The notes below the pieces were generated by a model, which was given only the letters and a program-made list of their open reading frames with translations, ran no database searches and was not told where the DNA came from. Shown one piece after another: positions 60,208-64,000 of a DNA stretch of 64,000 nucleotides. Origin of the DNA: Kiloniella sp. (GTDB taxonomy: Bacteria; Pseudomonadota; Alphaproteobacteria; Kiloniellales; Kiloniellaceae). A program made the translations under genes and the position numbers. The stretch is from positions 43,839-107,838 of the forward strand of contig NZ_JBLWTH010000008.1 in the NCBI RefSeq assembly GCF_048270245.1, in the 5' to 3' direction. Position 1 is the stretch's first letter. Each line of letters starts with the position of its first letter.

Positions 60208-60915
60208 TTACCCAAAGACATAACCTATTCCGCGAACGGTACGTATGATTTCTGGTTTTGTCGGATTAACTTCAATTTTACGCCGAAGCCGGGAAATACG
60301 AAGATCGATGGATCGGTCAAAGGGTTCCCACCCTCTATCATGAGCTTGTTCAAGTAATTGATCCCGATTTAAAACACGCCCCCTATTTTCAGAAAAAACA
60401 CGTAAAAGACTAAATTCCATCGCTGTCATGGCAATTTCATTATTATCAGCATCAAGAAGCTGCGCACTATCCAGATCAAGTCTGCACACGCCAAACTGAA
60501 TTGATCCTTTGGTTTTAGCAGATTTTTGCTCTGACAAAGCGCTCGGTATTCTTCGTAAAGTCGCTTTTATTCTTGCTTCCAACTCTCTCAAATCCACAGG
60601 TTTGGCCAGATAATCATCAGCCCCCATTTCCAGTCCGACAATACGGTCAACGACTTCAGATGCCGCCGTCAACATTATAACCGGCACGTCAGAGTTATTT
60701 CGTAAGTTACGAAGGGCAGTCAAACCATCTTCACCGGGCATATTAATGTCTAGGATTACCAAATCAGGAGAATGCTTTTCGGTAAACTTGTGCATCGCTT
60801 TTGCATCGGCGGCTTCAACTGTTTCATAGCCACGATCACTTAAATATTCGGCAACCATTTCACGTAAATGTGGTTCATCATCACAGACAATAATTTTGTA
60901 ACCATTCGCACTCAT
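60208..60915 (-). CDS. OmpR-family response regulator
   Basis: CDDE, ILDINMPG, LTA, ADDYLAKP; wHTH with FDRSIDLRISRLRRKIE and IRTVRGIGY. Confidence 0.96.
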   Translation of the reverse strand: MSANGYKIIVCDDEPHLREMVAEYLSDRGYETVEAADAKAMHKFTEKHSPDLVILDINMPGEDGLTALRNLRNNSDVPVIMLTAASEVVDRIVGLEMGADDYLAKPVDLRELEARIKATLRRIPSALSEQKSAKTKGSIQFGVCRLDLDSAQLLDADNNEIAMTAMEFSLLRVFSENRGRVLNRDQLLEQAHDRGWEPFDRSIDLRISRLRRKIEVNPTKPEIIRTVRGIGYVFG

Positions 60916-60921
60916 GTAAAA

Positions 60922-63171
60922 CTAGGTCCTTGTTTTTTGGATAAGTGATCGCATCAAATTGACAAGCTCTTCCGGAGAAACAGGTTTATCCAGATGCAAG
61001 CATCCAGAATTTTCGATAAAATCGGCAACTTCCGGACTCATTGAATCTCCAGTCACAAAAGCAGTTTTTTTAGCCATATCAGGAAATTCAGCCGTCATAT
61101 GCTGTAAAAACTCTATACCATTCATACCGGGCATTTTCACGTCACTTAAAATTGCGGTGTATGAACGTGCTTTTAATTTTTTCAGGGCATCTTTAGCTGA
61201 ATTGGTAACAGTCACTTGATAGCCGTCTTCACTCAAAATTTCGCTAATTAAATCAGCGACATCGACCTCATCATCAACAACCAGTACTCCTTGCTTTAAA
61301 TGTTTTTTATCCGGAATATCAGGAACGTTTTTATTTTCATCTGTTACTTCCGAAACTTTCATTCGCACTGTAAAGCAAGTTCCTCCTTTACCTGAGGATC
61401 GGAAAGACAGGTTTCCGTGGTGAGCATCAACAATACGATGGCAAAAAGCAAGCCCAACACCTGTACCACTTCCAACATCTTTTGTTGTAAAAAAAGGTTC
61501 AAAAACTCTGGCCTGTATCTCTTTGGGAATACCTACGCCGTTATCAATAACATCAACAACGACTTCGTTTAATAAGTCATCAAACGAGGAACGAATAACG
61601 AGTTTCCCCTCTTTTCCTTTCTCAGATAACGCATGTTCTGCATTTACAATCAAATTGGTAAAGACTTGTGCCATTTGATCATGGTCGGCATCGACAAAAG
61701 GCAAATCCTTCGCCAATGACAAAGATACCTCTGCGCCAGATACCCTCACCCCATAACCAGCAACATCCATGGCGACTTCGATTGCTTCGTTCAGATTACA
61801 ATTTTCTATCTGCATCGGACGCTGTCTGGCCATAGCCAAAAATGTTTTAACAATTTTGGCGCAACGCTCTGCTGCCATTGCAATTCGATCTACTCTTCGC
61901 TTTACCTCGGGATCATCCGTTTTATCCTGAAGCATCAAGGCATAACCTACGACAATAGAAAGTGGATTATTCAGTTCATGGGCAACACCAGCAAGTAACC
62001 CGCCTAAGGCTGATATCTTTTCATTCTGATGTGCGATTTCCTTCTGCTCTTCCAGCTCTTTTTGCATCTGAATTTGTTCGGTGATATCTCGTGTTGACGA
62101 GACAATAACATCCTCACCTTTGTAATCAGTCACTCGGGCAGACGTCAGACCTTGCATAATGGTGCCATCTCGCCGGCGAAACTGCACCCTATAATCATCC
62201 AATACACCCGTCGGCAACAAAGCCTTGAGATAATTTTCACGGTCTTGAGGTTTAATGAAAAAGCTTTTTGCCGTTTCTATATCACCAAACCGATCGCGAG
62301 AAGCAGGTGGAAAATATATGATTTTTCCATCCGAAACACGGGATACCAAAAAGTTCGCAGGACAAGCCTCAACAATTTTATGAAGCAACATATCTGCTTC
62401 ACGGCTCGCCTCTTCAATTTTCTTTTGCTCGGTAATGTCCTTGATCGTAACCAGATAACCGCCAAATCCGGTTTCATGTGAAGAACTTGATAAAATACGT
62501 CCATCAGAACGCTCTATTTCATGGTCCTTTTTATAACTTGAAACACCTTTGATAATTCTCTCAATCGTTTTCTCGGCTTCGTTTGTGTTCTTGATTATAG
62601 ATTTGTGATCACATGTATTTTGGTATCCAGTGATCATCCCCTGCATAATTTCTTCTATAGGACGCCCCCGCCGCAACTTATCATCAGGTAAGGCAATAAC
62701 ATCGGCATACTTTTTATTTGATAAGACGAAACACAAATCAGAATCATAAAGTGCAACAGCAATATCCAATGATTGAATAATATCGAAAAGCACTTCAGGC
62801 GCAGATACTTTTACGTCTGCATTCTGGTTCTCAAGTAAAACTTTTAGATAACAGGTATTTCCTTCTGATGTTGTGTAACGTGATAATGAAAACTTATCAC
62901 CAACAGTATCTTGCCAAACAAAGCCGCGATCAGAAGACTGCCATTTACGTATAACTGTTTGTATGAGGCTAGAATTTACTGACTTTCCAAAGGATTTTTC
63001 CAAAACAAAATGCTCGGCCTTGGTCTTAAGTAAGGCTTTCCGCTCTTCGTCACTCAAGGTCACAAAACAATCATTGATTGTTAGTAAGCGTCCATCTTGA
63101 TCAAAGGTCGCAAAACCAGTCTCCATTTGAGATCCCTTTTGTATTACCGCCTCAAAAACAGACGTCTCCAC
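60922..63171 (-). CDS. Cytoplasmic hybrid sensor histidine kinase (three PAS-like domains, HisKA, HATPase, REC)
   Basis: AHELNNPL, NLIVNA, DNGVG, FEPFFTTK, GTGVGL; C-terminal VVDDE..LSDVKMPG; no evident TM segment. Confidence 0.93.
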   Translation of the reverse strand: METSVFEAVIQKGSQMETGFATFDQDGRLLTINDCFVTLSDEERKALLKTKAEHFVLEKSFGKSVNSSLIQTVIRKWQSSDRGFVWQDTVGDKFSLSRYTTSEGNTCYLKVLLENQNADVKVSAPEVLFDIIQSLDIAVALYDSDLCFVLSNKKYADVIALPDDKLRRGRPIEEIMQGMITGYQNTCDHKSIIKNTNEAEKTIERIIKGVSSYKKDHEIERSDGRILSSSSHETGFGGYLVTIKDITEQKKIEEASREADMLLHKIVEACPANFLVSRVSDGKIIYFPPASRDRFGDIETAKSFFIKPQDRENYLKALLPTGVLDDYRVQFRRRDGTIMQGLTSARVTDYKGEDVIVSSTRDITEQIQMQKELEEQKEIAHQNEKISALGGLLAGVAHELNNPLSIVVGYALMLQDKTDDPEVKRRVDRIAMAAERCAKIVKTFLAMARQRPMQIENCNLNEAIEVAMDVAGYGVRVSGAEVSLSLAKDLPFVDADHDQMAQVFTNLIVNAEHALSEKGKEGKLVIRSSFDDLLNEVVVDVIDNGVGIPKEIQARVFEPFFTTKDVGSGTGVGLAFCHRIVDAHHGNLSFRSSGKGGTCFTVRMKVSEVTDENKNVPDIPDKKHLKQGVLVVDDEVDVADLISEILSEDGYQVTVTNSAKDALKKLKARSYTAILSDVKMPGMNGIEFLQHMTAEFPDMAKKTAFVTGDSMSPEVADFIENSGCLHLDKPVSPEELVNLMRSLIQKTRT

Positions 63172-63265
63172 TTAATTCTCTTTCGTGTTCGAGCCACAAT
63201 GTTCTAATCCACATGATTATAGTAGAAAATGAAGGTATCTGTAAGATGTCTAAGCATTTGTAATT

Positions 63266-63281
63266 TGTATCAATTGTAACA
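63266..63281. promoter_or_regulatory. Direct-repeat box copy 3, upstream of the kinase gene
   Basis: TGTATCAATTGTAACA, 15/16 identical to copy 1. Confidence 0.55.
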
Positions 63282-63488
63282 CTATCAATTCGCGATAGTT
63301 AAAAAGTTTGGTTCGTAGTTTTCATTTTTGTAAAAGGCGTCCGTAATAAGACACACAATAATTAATAACAAACCGACCATCTGAGTAAGACATCAGAATG
63401 ATACAAACGCCGATCATAATATCAAAGAATATAATACTTGTAGTAAAATACCCAATTCTGCATACATAACTTAAAGAGTACTGACATA

Positions 63489-63833
63489 GTGAAATTAGAA
63501 TTTTTAATCCCTATAAGTATCATATTAATACATTTAACAACTGCTTATTTTGGGTGGCAAAATAATTGGTCAATCACTCTACCCAAGTGGATTTTGAGAA
63601 TTAGCCTTAGCTGCTTATTGGTATATTCTTGCTTTTGGGTGTCGGACGAAATCCAACATCATCTCCGCCCCCAAGTCTTATTAATTGCTATCGTAAGCAT
63701 CGTGCTTTGTGCTTCGGTCTGGATTTCATCTTCACACGCTTACATATGGAGTATCTTTACAGTGCAGTTCTTTATTCTGGGGGTGTGGTCAATCTGGTTT
63801 GTTTTTTTCTTCAGAATAACGCGATTATTTTAA
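63489..63833 (+). CDS. Small membrane hypothetical protein (about 4 TM)
   Basis: 114-aa hydrophobic ORF with four apparent helices; GTG start. Confidence 0.55.
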   Translation: MKLEFLIPISIILIHLTTAYFGWQNNWSITLPKWILRISLSCLLVYSCFWVSDEIQHHLRPQVLLIAIVSIVLCASVWISSSHAYIWSIFTVQFFILGVWSIWFVFFFRITRLF

Positions 63834-64000
63834 AACCCTACATATCGACTTAATCACCAAAAGACATCTAGCGTATCTCAGTAAAATTTAAGATAGCGTT
63901 GAGTATGACCAGCATAACACGAATAAATAACGACAGAAGGCTGCCGTCTGAGCATACTATAAAGTCTTCAAGTGAGAATTCTTCAGCCAGGATAATAATG

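Noticed and set aside
563-63853. The many 60-195-aa ORFs in the track that overlap longer genes (e.g. 563-1072, 7179-7595, 14149-14628, 37145-37732, 41338-41763)
   Set aside because: They are shadow or alternate-frame ORFs inside genes with clear family motifs and have no recognisable motifs of their own.
63869-64000. Open frame on the minus strand running off the right edge
   Set aside because: About 43 codons with no recognisable motif; cannot be called without flanking sequence.
1-64000. CRISPR arrays, tRNA/rRNA genes, IS elements, integrases, prophage or defence genes
   Set aside because: No spaced direct-repeat array, RNA-gene signature, transposase/recombinase motif or terminal inverted repeats were recognised by eye.

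Overview
Chromosomal segment of a moderately AT-rich bacterium. The gene content (C-P lyase layout, carnitine cluster, Tat-exported family-5 SBP) suggests a marine alphaproteobacterium; this is inference. From left to right: (1) a peptide-family ABC transporter with an ALDH / mandelate-racemase-family / LysR / GMC module of unknown substrate; (2) a gamma-butyrobetaine/L-carnitine catabolic cluster with its AraC regulator; (3) a VOC + FAH pair; (4) a 991-aa phosphoserine aminotransferase-phosphoglycerate dehydrogenase fusion; (5) small metal-binding genes and tupBCA; (6) aldose epimerase and a ROK-isomerase-kinase sugar operon; (7) a C-P lyase phosphonate cluster; (8) threonine aldolase and an MFS transporter; (9) a ~2230-aa RTX/VWA adhesin with a LapG-type TAAG site; (10) an uncharacterised cell-surface locus with exported proteins, an OM beta-barrel, an ECF sigma/anti-sigma pair and an S8 protease, next to a PAS hybrid kinase/OmpR pair. 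The strongest lead is locus 10. Its intergenic DNA carries four copies of an ECF-type promoter (TGAAC-N-N16/17-CG[AT]C) and three copies of a 16-bp direct-repeat box, suggesting a two-tier TCS to ECF cascade. I recognised no rRNA, tRNA, CRISPR array or mobile element. All assignments come from reading motifs by eye; no database searches were run.
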